NCBI GenBank assembly: GCA_951406725.2
Contig: OX597814.1
Location: forward strand, 19,406,001 to 19,470,000
Length of the DNA stretch: 64,000 nt
Reading direction: 5' to 3'
From: Octopus vulgaris
Taxonomy: Eukaryota
Shown: positions 1 to 12,298 of the stretch, in pieces
Layout: each line of letters begins with the position of its first letter
Numbering within the stretch: the first letter of the stretch is position 1
The notes under the pieces: model-generated
The model's database searches: none
What the model was told of the DNA's origin: nothing
The model's input: only the letters and a program-made list of their open reading frames with translations
Made by a program: the position numbers and the translations under genes

Positions 1-290
1 GGAGGAGAAGGATTTTGGCTGCTCGCACAGCCATTTATGCATCGCTTCCTGTACCTTTTCGTCTGTAGCCAATCGAGGATCTTGTAAATAACCGTTTGAG
101 CAGTTCAAAGAGCTGATAGTTGAAAAGGACGAGATTCAGACTGAATGCAAACTGTTGCAGCAATTCGATATCCAAATTTTCAATGCTTTCAACTGTGAAT
201 AGCCGTATGTGGTGTTCATTACCGTGGAACGATAATGGTCTTTTTGATAATAGACCTCAGCGTTTGGTGCCTTTTAGTTATTATTATTAT
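1..290 (-). pseudogene. Degraded mariner transposase C-terminal fragment
   Basis: Minus-strand translation gives HGNEHH...LNLVLFNYQLFELLKR and RLATDEKVQEAMHKWLCEQPKSF. These resemble the mariner HDNARPH..YSPDLAPSDYHLF..RFxxDEEVxxAVxxWLxxQPxxF tail. Confidence 0.6.
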
Positions 291-331
291 AGAGAGGTTA
301 TATGTGTGTATGCTCACAAATGTCCCTGAGC

Positions 332-431
332 NNNNNNNNNNNNNNNNNNNNNNNNNNNNNNNNNNNNNNNNNNNNNNNNNNNNNNNNNNNNNNNNNNNNN
401 NNNNNNNNNNNNNNNNNNNNNNNNNNNNNNN
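332..431. other. Assembly gap (100 N)
   Basis: Run of N. Confidence 1.
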
Positions 432-450
432 AGGTTCGAAATTTTCCCAA

Positions 451-494
451 GACACCTGAAGAAGGCTGGAGAGTATATCAGCCGAAACGTTGTT
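451..494 (+). ncRNA. Minimal type-I hammerhead ribozyme motif in a Penelope-like terminal repeat (about 432-575)
   Basis: gacac-CTGAAGA-a-GGCTG...CAGCC-GAAA-CG-TT-gtt: intact core, 5-bp stem II, palindromic ACGT stem III. Stem I is weakened. Confidence 0.6.
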
Positions 495-613
495 AACAAC
501 AAACAAGATGAGGACAAATATCCGTCGAATGTAAATAATGTAAATAATGTACATAATTCCTCATCTCTTAAATTTAGTACTGTATTGAACTGCTGAGTTA
601 TCTTCACAACAAT

Positions 614-1545
614 TCTAGTGGTTAGGCATGTTCCAATCACGATCATGAAATCGTAGTTTCGGGTCTCTGACCGGCTATGCGTTATCTTCTTGGGCAAATC
701 ATTTCATTTTTACGTTGCTCCAGTCAGTCCACCAGCAGTAAATAGGTAACCCAGCGAAGGACTGACAAGCTTTTCGATCAGTGCTTCTTCAACCAGCCAG
801 CGGTGTGGATGTTATTCCAAAGCTAAAATGATACAAAATATATTTTCACCAGCAATATGTAACAAAGATCCGATAGTGTAATCGATCACGTTATCTATAT
901 ATATAAAACTGTAGTTGTGTGAGTGTCTGTCCCCTTCGATTTAGATTCCTAACTACTCCCACATTTTGCGGTGCAGTTTAACCAAATTCGGGTATCTTAT
1001 AGTCGTGATTCATATCGAGCCCGTCTGGCTATTAGCGCGCGTCTACGATGAGTCTACGATTTTAAAAATAATTTAACATCATTTTTTATTCCATTTTAAT
1101 GCATAATTTTTCGTGTGTCGATGGCGGCGGAGTTGGCGTCCATGGTCACACCTGCACCTGTTTGCTTCTCCCCCTTCTTCCCTCCCTCGTGAAGCTGTGG
1201 GGAAGGGAGTGTAAGGAAATCAACGTCGTAAAGCGTTGTCAAGGAGACCAGCGTTCTTTTAGAACAACGACTTCATGGCTTGAAGACACCAAAACAGAAA
1301 TGGCTAAGAAAGCCCGAATTGGCATCTATAAGGGAAGTAACTCTCTAAAAATGCTTATATAGTTATTTCCCTTACAAACCCGAGCAACGCTGGGCGATAC
1401 TGCTAGTTATATATACGGGTTGTTGGAAACTCTGATTCTGCCTCGGAAATATGTTTCTGAGGAATACTCATACACTTCCCACGATAATTCCAATATTTGG
1501 TCGTTCAGTTGATGGTTCAACTGGATGTTCATCGACGAAGTATTT
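614..1545 (+). mobile_element. Old degraded tRNA-derived SINE interrupted by a Helitron
   Basis: A-box-like tagtggttagg head and cttgggcaa...ttacgttgctccagt core. Tail-like sequence resumes after 1407 and resembles the tail of the 8055-8420 SINE. Confidence 0.45.
894..1406 (+). mobile_element. Non-autonomous Helitron
   Basis: A|TC 5' end, subterminal hairpin cccgagcaacgctggg, CTAG|T 3' end, no TSD. Shares blocks with the copies at 6855 and 7371. Confidence 0.8.
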
Positions 1546-1557
1546 CAGTTTTTCACA

Positions 1558-1753
1558 AACACACGCACACACACACTCACACATACACACACACACACAC
1601 ACACGCACACACACGCGCACGCACACACGCACGCACAAATGTACGCTCACGCTCACACAAACACACGTATATAAATATAAGTGTAATTTTGTGTGTGTAT
1701 ATATATATATATATATATAAACATACATATTCATATATATATATCTATCTATC

Positions 1754-1784
<31 letters not shown>

Positions 1785-1808
1785 GTAACATATATATTCA
1801 TACACACT

Positions 1809-1842
<34 letters not shown>

Positions 1843-1858
1843 CACACACACACATATA

Positions 1859-1905
<47 letters not shown>

Positions 1906-1990
1906 GTAACATATATATTCATACACACTCACACACACACACACATATATATATAAATAGAGAGAGAGAGAGAGAGAGAGAGAGCGGGTA
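1558..1990. repeat. Compound (CA)n/(TA)n/(GA)n microsatellite with an internal duplication
   Basis: Directly visible. tacacacgtaacatatatattcatacacactc occurs twice. Confidence 0.9.
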
Positions 1991-2736
1991 GATGTAGAGA
2001 GACAGATATAGAAACAGAGAGAAGTGGAGAGAGAGACATGTTATACATATGCTTGCCACCCACAGTTCAGAGTAAATAAACTCCGAATAACGCCCGAATC
2101 AGTTCTAACAAGATACACCCGTTGACATACACTTCCGCTATTTCTCTTCTCTCTCTCTCTTTCTTTCTTTCTTTCTCTACCTCTCCGTCTCCAACACCTT
2201 ATCTCTCTGTCTCACTCCGTCTCCCTCTCTCAGTCCCCTCTCTCTTTCTCTCTCTCTCTGTTACTCTCTCTCCTCCCACCACCGCCAACATTTTGTCGCT
2301 ATCTTCCGCGAAATCCTTCCTTCCTTCCCTTCACGTGTCTTAATATTCCCCTTCTCTTCGTTACTAACGAAATCTTGATGAACATGATCCGTCAACAAGA
2401 TCACAGCTCACAATCGCTATCAAATGCATATACATTTGTATGTCTGCGTTTGTATGCCTGTTTGTATGTGCTTGTGTTTGCGTATGTATTTACACACACA
2501 CACACACGGACACACGGACACACGCACAAACACAAACACATGCATAGGGTGGATGCGTGCTTATATATTATTATACGTGCTTGGATTGAGCCGAGACATT
2601 CTTACAATTGCCTCATTGTGCCAATGCATGCACACATGTAGGTATCCATGTTTGAGTGCATGTACATATGCGTGTGTATATACATGCATAAACATACATA
2701 CATACATACATACATACATACATACATACATACATA

Positions 2737-3031
2737 CGTGTATGGGTCACGGCGAGCTGGCAGAAACGTTAGCACGCCGGGCGAAATGCGTAGCCGTATT
2801 TCGTCTGCCGTTTCGTTCTGAGTTCAAATTCCGCCGAAGTCGACTTTGCCATTCATCCTTTCGGGGTCGATTAAATAAGTACCAGTTACGAACTGGGGTC
2901 GATATAATACATACATACATACATACATACATACATGCATGCATGCATGCATGCATGCATGCATGTATGTATGCATGCATGCATGCATGCATGCATGCAT
3001 GCATGCATACATGCATACATACATACATACA

Positions 3032-3065
<34 letters not shown>

Positions 3066-4670
3066 CATACGTGTATGGGTCACGGCGAGCTGGCAGAAAC
3101 GTTAGCACGCCGGGCGAAATGCGTAGCCGTATTTCGTCTGCCGTTTCGTTCTGAGTTCAAATTCCGCCGAAGTCGACTTTGCCATTCATCCTTTCGGGGT
3201 CGATTAAATAAGTACCAGTTACGAACTGGGGTCGATATAATAATACATACATACATACATACATACATTCTCTTTCTCTTTCTCTTTCTCTTTTACTTGT
3301 TTCAGTCACTCGACTGCGGCCATGCTGGAGCACCGGCTTTTAGTCGAGCAAATCGACCCCGGCACTTATTCTTTGTAAGCCCAGTACTTATTCTATCGGT
3401 CTCTTTTGCCGAACCGCTAAGTGACGGGGACGTAAACACACCAGCATCAGTTGTCAAGCAATGCTAGGGGGACAAACACAGACACACAAACATACACACA
3501 CACACACACACACACTTATATACATATATACATATATACGACAGGCTTCTTTCAGTTTCCGTCTACCAAATCCACTCACAAGGCATTGGTCAGCCCGGGG
3601 CTATAGCAGAAGACACTTGCCCAAGATACCACGCAGTGGGACTGAACCCGGAACCATGTGGTTGGTTAGCAAGCTACTTACCACACAGCCACTCCTGCGC
3701 CTATACATACATACATACATACATACGTGTATGGGCCTCGGCGAGCTGGCAGAAACGTTAAGCACGCCGGGCGAAATGCGTAGCCGTATTTCGTCTGCCG
3801 TTTCGTTCTGAGTTCAAATTCCGCCGAAGTCGACTTTGCCATTCATCCTTTCGGGGTCGATTAAATAAGTACCAGTTACGAACTGGGGTCGATATAATAC
3901 ATACATACATACATACATACATACATACATACATACATACATACATACATACGTGTATGGGCCACGGCGAGCTGGCAGAAACGTTAAGCACGCCGGGCGA
4001 AATGCGTAGCCGTATTTCGTCTGCCGTTTCGTTCTGAGTTCAAATTCCGCCGAAGTCGACTTTGCCATTCATCCTTTCGGGGTCGATTAAATAAGTACCA
4101 GTTACGAACTGGGGTCGATATAATACATACATACATACATACATACATACATACATACATACATACATACATACATACATACATACATACATACATACAT
4201 ACATACGTGTATGGGTCACGGCGAGCTGGCAGAAACGTTAGCACGCCGGGCGAAATGCGTAGCCGTATTTCGTCTGCCGTTTCGTTCTGAGTTCAAATTC
4301 CGTCGAGGTCGACGTTGCTTTTCATCCTTTCGAGGTTGATTAAATAAGTACCAGTTACGAACTGGGGTCGATATAATACATACATACATACATACATACA
4401 TACATACATACATACATACATACATACGTGTATGGGCCACGGCGAGCTGGCAGAAACGTTAGCACGCCGGGCGAAGTGCGTAGCCATATTTCGTCTGCTG
4501 TTTCGTTCTGAGTTCAAATTCCGCCGAGGTCGACTTTGCTTTTCATCGTTTCGGGGTCGATTAATTAAGTACCAGTTACGCACTGGGGTCGATATAATCG
4601 ACTTAATCCGTTTGTCTCTGCTTGTTTGTCCTCTCTGTGTTTATCCCCTTGTGGGTAGTAAAGAAATAGA
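2737..4670 (+). repeat. Tandem array of six SINE-A units separated by (TACA)n
   Basis: Units start at about 2737, 3070, 3726, 3952, 4206 and 4427. Each is cgtgtatggg(t/c)c.c-GGCGAGCTGGCAGAA...gatataa; only the last has the SINE tail. Confidence 0.95.
3269..3702 (-). mobile_element. Full-length SINE-B (tRNA head AGGCGCAGGAGTGGCTGTGTGG, CORE-like cttgggcaagtgtct)
   Basis: Matches many copies in the window. Inserted into a (TACA)n spacer of the array. Confidence 0.9.
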
Positions 4671-4867
4671 TTATATACATACAATATGCATACGTGTGAG
4701 TGTATGTATATAAACGCGTGGCCCAGCGAATGAGATATTAGGATCATGATCGCAAATTTCTGTGTTTGATTCCTGAACGAGGCAATGCGTGGGGTTCTTG
4801 AGTAAAGATCATTATTCACGTTGCATCAACCTATATATGTGTGTATGTATATATGTATGTATGTATG

Positions 4868-4925
<58 letters not shown>

Positions 4926-5007
4926 GGTCCCGGGTTGATTCGGGGTTAACCACAGTAAATAAGGTACTCAATACATAGCAGAGTAAAATTAATTTATTAT
5001 ATAGAAG

Positions 5008-5060
5008 GAGCTTCTACAGGACTAGAACTGTTTCATTCAAGAGAAATCTTCAGGAAGCTC
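5008..5060 (-). ncRNA. Type-I hammerhead ribozyme with intact core
   Basis: Minus strand: GAGCTTC-CTGAAGA-tTTC(tctt)GAAt-GAAA-CAG(ttctagtc)CTG-TA-GAAGCTC. 7-bp stem I; predicted GUA cleavage between 5015 and 5014. Confidence 0.75.
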
Positions 5061-5105
5061 CTGAAGATTTCTCTTGAATGAAACAGTTCTAGTCCTGTAG
5101 AAGCT
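5056..5105 (+). ncRNA. Mirror-image hammerhead ribozyme on the plus strand
   Basis: Same core and stems II/III as the minus copy. Stem I is agctc/gaagct with one bulge. Confidence 0.6.
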
Positions 5106-5714
5106 CCTTCTATATAATAAATATATATATATATATATATATATACATACTTACATATATATGTGTATCCATATGCATATATGGACACATGACGTCACAG
5201 AACGTAAACAACACGAAATACGAAGACAAGGAATATCAACTTTCTTGTTTTTACAAACAATGAAAGAAACAAATGGAAAACATGACAAGCAACATAAAGA
5301 ATATGCCCTCGTCAGTTGCCGGTTGTTTTTCTACTCTGTATTTTGAGCAATCCACGACAAGATACACTTTCGACAAAAAAGTTGCTCCCGCTAAGCAAAT
5401 TAAATAAAATTTTGGATTTTGCGTAGGGTCAGGGTCAGAGGGTTACAAACAACCTAGTGGTACAAACAACCTAGACCTACTTGTTTGCGAGTGACGTACT
5501 AGCCTAAATACGTGTATAACCATGTTTTCTTTCTGTCTTTTTAATTTACTGTTAATTTTGTGTGGCTACCTACTTGGTAGCAAAGTTGTAAACGTAAGGA
5601 TCTTCTTATGTTCATCATTGTTTCAATCCTCAGAGCTTCTGACATATTTTTATTGTCTCCAATGTCGAGCTAACGAAATTGATCCATTGGTCGCGGGTGC
5701 TTGACACTGCTGAT

Positions 5715-6048
5715 ATCTATGCGGGAGGACAAAGGTTCAGGTCCTTAGGTCTTTGGTATTCCCTGTCCTGCTCTGTAGTTATGAAACTTGGACACTCTCC
5801 GGGGCCATTAGGAGCAGCCTGAACTCTTTTGCAACCAGAACCATTCGCAGGATTTGGGTCATTGACTGGATTTCGTATCCAACAAACAACTCTACTCAGA
5901 AACTGGGATGCTTCCTGTTACTTGTATGATTAAGGAGCGCCAGCTCTAAATATTTGGCCATGTTACTCGATTTTCCGTATTAGAACGTGCTTATTGTATT
6001 CTCTTCACCGTGGATCCGGCTGGGTTGCCGGCTCGTGATGGTCGACCA
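5715..6048 (+). pseudogene. RTE-clade LINE 3' ORF remnant
   Basis: Translates as TKVQVLRSLVFPVLLCSYETWTL...RRIW../DFVSNKQLY...ERQL*IFGHVTR...GRP, the typical RTE C-terminus. Confidence 0.75.
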
Positions 6049-6051
6049 TAT

Positions 6052-6646
6052 GCGGCGAGCTGGCAGAACCGTTAGCACGCCGGGCGAAATGCGTAGCTGT
6101 ATTTCGTCTGTCGTTACGTTGTGAGTTCAAATTCAGCCGAGGTTGACTTTGCCTTTCATCCTTTCGGGGTCGATAAATTAAGTACCAGTTCCGCACTGGG
6201 GTCGATGTAATCGACTTAATGTCTGTCCTTGTTTGTCCCCTCTATGTTTAGCCCCTTGTGGGTAATAAAGAAATAGGTACTTAATTTATCGAATCCTTAA
6301 AAGATGAAAGGCAAAGTCGACTTCGGTGGAATTTGAACTCAGAACGTAAAAACAGACGAAATACCACTACGCATTTTGCCCGGTGTGCTAACGTTTCTGC
6401 CAGCTCACCTCCTTATTTTTATGTTCTATATATTGTTTATGCATAAGGCGGAATCGTTAACACACTGGGCGAAATGCTTAGCGGCATTTCGTCTGTCTTT
6501 ACGTTCTGAGTTCAAATTCCGTTGAGGTGGACTTTGCCTTTCACCCTTTCGGGGTTGATAGAATAAGTAACAGTTAGGCAATGGGGTCAATGTAATCGAC
6601 TTACACCCTACCCCGAATTTGGTGTCCTGGTACCAAAATTTGAAAC
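6052..6646. mobile_element. Cluster of three SINE-A copies (+ 6052-6277, - 6276-6413, + 6447-6646)
   Basis: GGCGAGCTGGCAGAA head and cctttcatcctttcggggtcgat core. Confidence 0.9.
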
Positions 6647-6734
6647 AATAACTGATATAAAAGCGATATTTCGAAGGAAATAGTTTCTACGTGTAGATTT
6701 ATTCCATCAAAAGTGCTCTACCATTTCAGATATA

Positions 6735-7349
6735 CAGTAATTCTTCGTCTATCGCGGCTGTTACGTTCCAAAACACCCGCGATTGGTGAAAATCTGCGCA
6801 GTAGAAACAGTACTGAATATTTTTTATATTATTTTTATAATTTGTATATATTTATCTCTCTCTATATAAACGGCAGTTTGTCTGTGCGTGTTTCTGTGTG
6901 TCTGTTTGCTTGTACCCTCACCCTGACCACGGCTTTCAACCGATTCTGATGAAACTTGACACACACATAGCCCAATGTCATAATTCAAAACTAACGCAGC
7001 GAAAATTTTGAAAAGTTCCCCCAGTTCTGAACAAAATCGATAAATTCGACATGGGGTCGAGAATCAGAAACACAAACCGCAAACTGTCTAGGGACGCAAC
7101 TCCACCTTTTTTTACTCTCAAAAAAAATTTACCGTCATTTTTTCCCATTTTTTTTTGCTATTTTTGGGCTATAACTCTCTAAAAATGCTTTATAGTTATT
7201 TCCCTTACAAACCTGAGCAACGCCGGGCGATACTGCTAGTTTTATTATAAATGCAAAACAACACCACATGGGAATCGACGTAAGCTTAAATGATAAACCG
7301 CGATAGGTGAACCGCGATAGGTGAACCGCGATATGGCGAGGAATTACTG
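6735..7349. mobile_element. pogo/Tigger-type MITE (CAGT TIR, TA TSD) interrupted by a Helitron
   Basis: ta|CAGTAATTCTTCG ... CGAGGAATTACTG|ta. An uninterrupted copy lies at 18989-19213. Confidence 0.8.
6855..7239 (+). mobile_element. Non-autonomous Helitron
   Basis: A|TC...hairpin...CTAG|T. The empty site is visible in the MITE copy at 18989. Confidence 0.85.
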
Positions 7350-7370
7350 TATAAATTATTTTAAAAAATA

Positions 7371-7867
7371 TCTTTATATATAAAAGTCAAGTTGTGTGTC
7401 TGTCTCCTACGATTTAGATTCCTAACTACTCCCACATTTTGCGGTGCAGTGTAACCAAAAGCGGGTATCTTATAGTCGTGATTCATATCGAGCCCTTCTG
7501 GGTATTAGCGCGCGTCTACGATGAGTCTATGATTTTAAAAATAATTTACCATCATTTCTTTCCATTTTAATGCATTTTTTCGCTATTATATAAGGGAAGT
7601 AACTCTCTAAAAATGTCTACGATGAGTCTACGATTTTAAAAATAATTTACCATCATTTCTTTCCATTTTAATGCATTTTTCGCTATTATATAAGGGAAGT
7701 AACTCTTTAAAAATGTCTACGATGAGTCAACGATTTAAAAAAAAATTTACCATAATTTTTTCCCATTTTTAATGCATTTTTTTTGCTATTTTTTGGCTAT
7801 AACTCTCTAAAAGGCTTATATAGTTATCTCCCTTACAAAATCGAGCAACGCCGGGCTATACTGCTAG
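7371..7867 (+). mobile_element. Non-autonomous Helitron with an internal ~100-bp tandem triplication
   Basis: A|TC start and CTAG|T end. The gtctacgatgagtc... unit recurs at about 7514, 7615 and 7715. Confidence 0.85.
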
Positions 7868-8054
7868 TAGTAAATATTCATTTCTGTACTGAGAATGATG
7901 CTACTTCTTTCTTTTATTTGTCTCAGACCAAGGCACCACGCAGTGGGATTGAACTTAGAAACATATAATTGGGAAGCAATTTCTTACTATATAGCTGCAC
8001 GCTCTCCCTCTCTCTCTCTCTTACTCTGTTGTCTCTTAAGTAGACTGAAGCAAG

Positions 8055-8420
8055 TGGAGGCGCAATGGCCCAGTGGTTAGCGTAGCGGCCTCGCGTTTTC
8101 GATTCCCAGACCGGGCGTTATGATTGTTTATTGAGCGAAAACACCTAATGCTCCACGGGGCTCCGGCAGGAGATGGTGGTGACCCAACTGTACTCTTTCA
8201 CTACAACTTTCTCTCAATCTTTCTTCCTGTTTCCGTTGTACCTGTATTTCAAAGGAGCCAGCATTGTTACACTCGGTGTCACGCTGAATGTACCCGAGAA
8301 CTACGTTAAGGGTACACGTGCCTGTGGAGTACTCAGCCACTTGCACGTTAATTCACGAGCAGGCTGTTCCGTTGATCAGATCAACTGGAACCCTCGCCGT
8401 CGCAACCGACGGAGTGCTAG
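8055..8420 (+). mobile_element. SINE-C (head GGAGGCGCAATGGCCCAGTGG) with 11-bp TSD
   Basis: A/B-box-like head. TSD gactgaagcaa at 8043-8053 and 8424-8434. Confidence 0.9.
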
Positions 8421-8662
8421 TCTGACTGAAGCAACAAAATATGTATATAATTCTAAACAGAATGAAATGAAAACGATTTTAGATATCGTTGTATCTTGGT
8501 GGGGTGGTCATTATGCAAATAAACGCAAAGCACCGGTTCTGATTTACAACTTTTATTAAAATAATGCTCCTCCAGAGATGTAATAAATTCGTTTTCAACA
8601 CGAATTCTTGCAAACTAAATATCTTGCAAACTAAATAAAAAAAACAAAATGTAGCCTGTCCT

Positions 8663-8694
<32 letters not shown>

Positions 8695-9321
8695 ACACAC
8701 TATGTGTGTGTGTCTGTGTTTATGTTTGTCCCACACCAATGTTTGACAGCCGGTTTTACATCCCGGTATATCAGCGGTTCGGCAAAAAACCCCATTAAAA
8801 TAAATACCAGGTTTAAAAAATTTAAGGGGTAGACTTCTTCGATTAAAGCCCTTCAATGTGTGCCCCAGCATTGTTACAGTCTAATAAGTAAAATAAATGC
8901 AAAGCAAATATCTATTAAAATAAAATATGTGTACGTTGCAGCCTTATATGCTATGTGATAAAATGTATTAATACCGAAATATTGTATCGTTTATTAAACC
9001 GAAGGAAGCCATACAGCGCAGAAACTTCGAAAAGACTATCAATTTTTTTTTGTAAATATATGGTATCGAAGAGGATTATTGATCTATCTGCGCAACTTTT
9101 GCTCAGATATACATATTTTCGATATACTTATTAAATATTTACTGTATGGATCCATTTAGATGGGTTCAATTCCTATAAGAAATTCTAGTTCCCTAGTTAT
9201 GCAGAGAATAAACCTCTCCAGGTAGTGTCTTTGAAATTTACGAATTTTAGGCTTCGACTGAAATATCACGTTTTTTTCTTAACGCAATTACAGATACATA
9301 TAAACTAGGATATTTGAATTC

Positions 9322-9833
9322 CCGTAAATCCTCGAGTATAATACGCATTTTCACCCAAAATTTAAAGGTCAAAATCCCTTGTGCGTACTATATACGGGGT
9401 TAAAAATGAAAATTATTTTCTAAGCAATGTCCGAGTCTGTATTTGCTGTCCGGCAATGTTTATTCAGACGCATTTTGTGATGTCGGGCGTGAAAATACCT
9501 TAAGCTAAGCCTGAAAGTAATGAAGTCATAAAAGAATCACCCATAACTTGCTGTAAGCAACATTTATTAAACGTTATTACTGTTGTTTCTTTATTTTCTG
9601 CAAACAAAATGCACGAAAAAGCTACACGTTTGCATTGTTATATATATACAATAATAATAAAAGACGTTAGCATATACATTTTTATAAACCAAGGACGTTA
9701 TATAGACCTCCTTGACTCACGTTAGAGAAGGGGTGCGTATTATACACAAAGTTTAGGTCTTTCAGAGGTACAGCCCCCTAAAAATTCCCCTGCGCATTAT
9801 ACTCAAAGGCGGACTATACTCAAAGATTTACAG
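9322..9833. mobile_element. Tc2/pogo-type non-autonomous DNA transposon (CCGTA TIR)
   Basis: TIR ccgtaaatcctcgagtata / tatactcaaagatttacag|ta. Second copy at 38378-38890. Confidence 0.8.
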
Positions 9834-10134
9834 TACATAATCTTCAGCAGTTTCGTCAGTTGAAAATTTGTAAACATTTCTCCAACCCCTTGGTACACTC
9901 TCATCTTCGGACCTACTATTCTTGGATTAATAGGACACATAATAAGTCGCTTAGAGAAAAATATAGGTGCAACTGGGTTATTGAGGAAAGAATTAGGTCA
10001 GGTGCGTGGTCATGCGCTGTTGCAGCGTGTTGCTGCATTCAGAGCGTCCTATCAATCGGAGTCCCAGTCAGTCCCTATCCCCACGAGATACTTCAACATC
10101 TATAGTGACCATGTGGCATATGGTCGACCATCCG

Positions 10135-10640
10135 TTTCTTTATTACCCACAAGGGGCTACACACAGAGAGGACAAACAAGGACAGACAAACGGATTAAGT
10201 CGATTACATCGACTCCAGTGCGTAACTGGTACTTAATTTATCGACCCCGAAAGGATGAAAGGCAAAGTCAACCTCGGCTGAATTTGAACTCACAACGTAA
10301 CGACAGACGAAATACCTATTTCTTTATTACCTACAAGGGGCTAAACACAGAGGGGACAAACAAGGACAGACATAGGTATTAAGTCGTTACATCGACCCCA
10401 GTTCGTAACTGGTACTTAATTTATCGACCCCGAAAGGATGAAAGGCAAAGTCGACCTCGGCGGAATTTGAACTCACAACGTAACGCAGACGAAATACCGC
10501 TAAGCATTTCATCCGGCGTGCTAACGTTTCTGCCAGCTCGCCGCCTTCGATAAATTAAGTACCAGTTGCGTACCAGATCGATCTAATCGACTGCCCCCAC
10601 CCCAAAAAAAAAATTTCGGGCCTTGTGCTTAGTGTAGGAA
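10135..10640 (-). mobile_element. SINE-A dimer (-) plus a plus-strand fragment with the alternative tail
   Basis: Two tails and one head in 10135-10547; ccccaaaatttcgggccttgtg tail at 10548-10640. Confidence 0.85.
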
Positions 10641-10732
10641 AGCATATATAGTAAATTAAGTGTTTTCAGTGGTGGCAGGTGAATAAGTGAATAGCTATGT
10701 GTATAGACAAAGTGAATAGCTATGTGTAAGAT

Positions 10733-10734
<2 letters not shown>

Positions 10735-10796
<62 letters not shown>

Positions 10797-10800
10797 CCTA

Positions 10801-10862
<62 letters not shown>

Positions 10863-10974
10863 GGTTCAGTCCCACTGCGTGGCATCTTGGGCAAGTGTCT
10901 TCTGCTATAGCCCCGGGCCGACCAATGCCTTGTGAGTGGATTTGGTAGACGGAAACTGAAAGAAGCCTGTCGTA

Positions 10975-11041
<67 letters not shown>

Positions 11042-11385
11042 TTGTGTGTCTGTGTTTGTCCCCCTAGCATTTGTTTGACAACCGATGCTGGTGTGTTTAC
11101 GTTCCCGTCACTTAGCGGTTCGGCAAAAGAGACTGATAGAATAAGTACTGGGCTTACAAAGAATAAATCCCGGGGTCAATTTGCTCGACTAAAGGCGGTG
11201 CTCCAGCATGGCCGCTGTCAAATGACTGAAACAAGTAAAAGAGTAAAAGAGTATATATATATATATATCTGCCTTTTTTTCATGTAAATGTACCGAAGTA
11301 TGTATTCGTGTGTGTGCGTGTGTGTGTGTGAGTGTGTGTGTATGACAGAGACAGAGAAGGGGAGAAAGAGAGTGAGAGAGTGATG

Positions 11386-11421
<36 letters not shown>

Positions 11422-11561
11422 CAGATCATCTATGTAAATTAAATTGCATGATTTTTTTCCTGGGACTTAATTATGCTTCTGTAGCACTGACGTCAGTGCT
11501 ACAGAAGCATAATTAAGTCCCAGGAAAAAAATCATGCTATTTAATTTACATAGATGATCTG

Positions 11562-11607
<46 letters not shown>

Positions 11608-11956
11608 CATCACTCTCTCACTCTCTTTCTCCCCTTCTCTGTCTCTGTCACACACACACACTCACACACACACACGCACACACACGAATACATACTTCGG
11701 TACATTTACATGAAAAAAAGGCAGATATATATATATATATACTCTTTTACTCTTTTACTTGTTTCAGTCATTTGACAGCGGCCATGCTGGAGCACCGCCT
11801 TTAGTCGAGCAAATTGACCCCGGGATTTATTCTTTGTAAGCCCAGTACTTATTCTATCAGTCTCTTTTGCCGAACCGCTAAGTGACGGGAACGTAAACAC
11901 ACCAGCATCGGTTGTCAAGCAATGCTAGGGGGACAAACACAGACACACAAACACAA

Positions 11957-12029
<73 letters not shown>

Positions 12030-12141
12030 TACGACAGGCTTCTTTCAGTTTCCGTCTACCAAATCCACTCACAAGGCATTGGTCGGGCCGGGGCTATAGC
12101 AGAAGACACTTGCCCAAGATGCCACGCAGTGGGACTGAACC

Positions 12142-12225
<84 letters not shown>

Positions 12226-12236
12226 TAGGTAGATAG

Positions 12237-12297
<61 letters not shown>

Positions 12298-12298
12298 C
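10735..12298. repeat. Spacer-less long palindrome (~760-800 bp arms) containing mirrored SINE-B copies (10860-11250 +, 11741-12143 -)
   Basis: Centre ...gtagcactgac|gtcagtgctac... at 11491/11492. Arms mirror (TCTA)n, (TC)n, (TA)n, the SINE and unique DNA. Confidence 0.95.

Larger units (their letters stand above)
4925..5121. mobile_element. Penelope-like terminal-repeat fragment with fold-back inversion inside (TA)n
   Basis: Palindrome at 4993-5121 containing hammerhead motifs; (TA)n on both sides. Confidence 0.65.

Noticed and set aside
2424-3467. 347-aa ORF, the longest in the window
   Set aside because: It reads through (TACA)n and SINE units; the repeated peptide is just the SINE sequence.
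2737-4670. CRISPR-like repeat-spacer appearance
   Set aside because: Repeats are ~170-bp SINE heads, spacers are microsatellites, and there are no cas genes.
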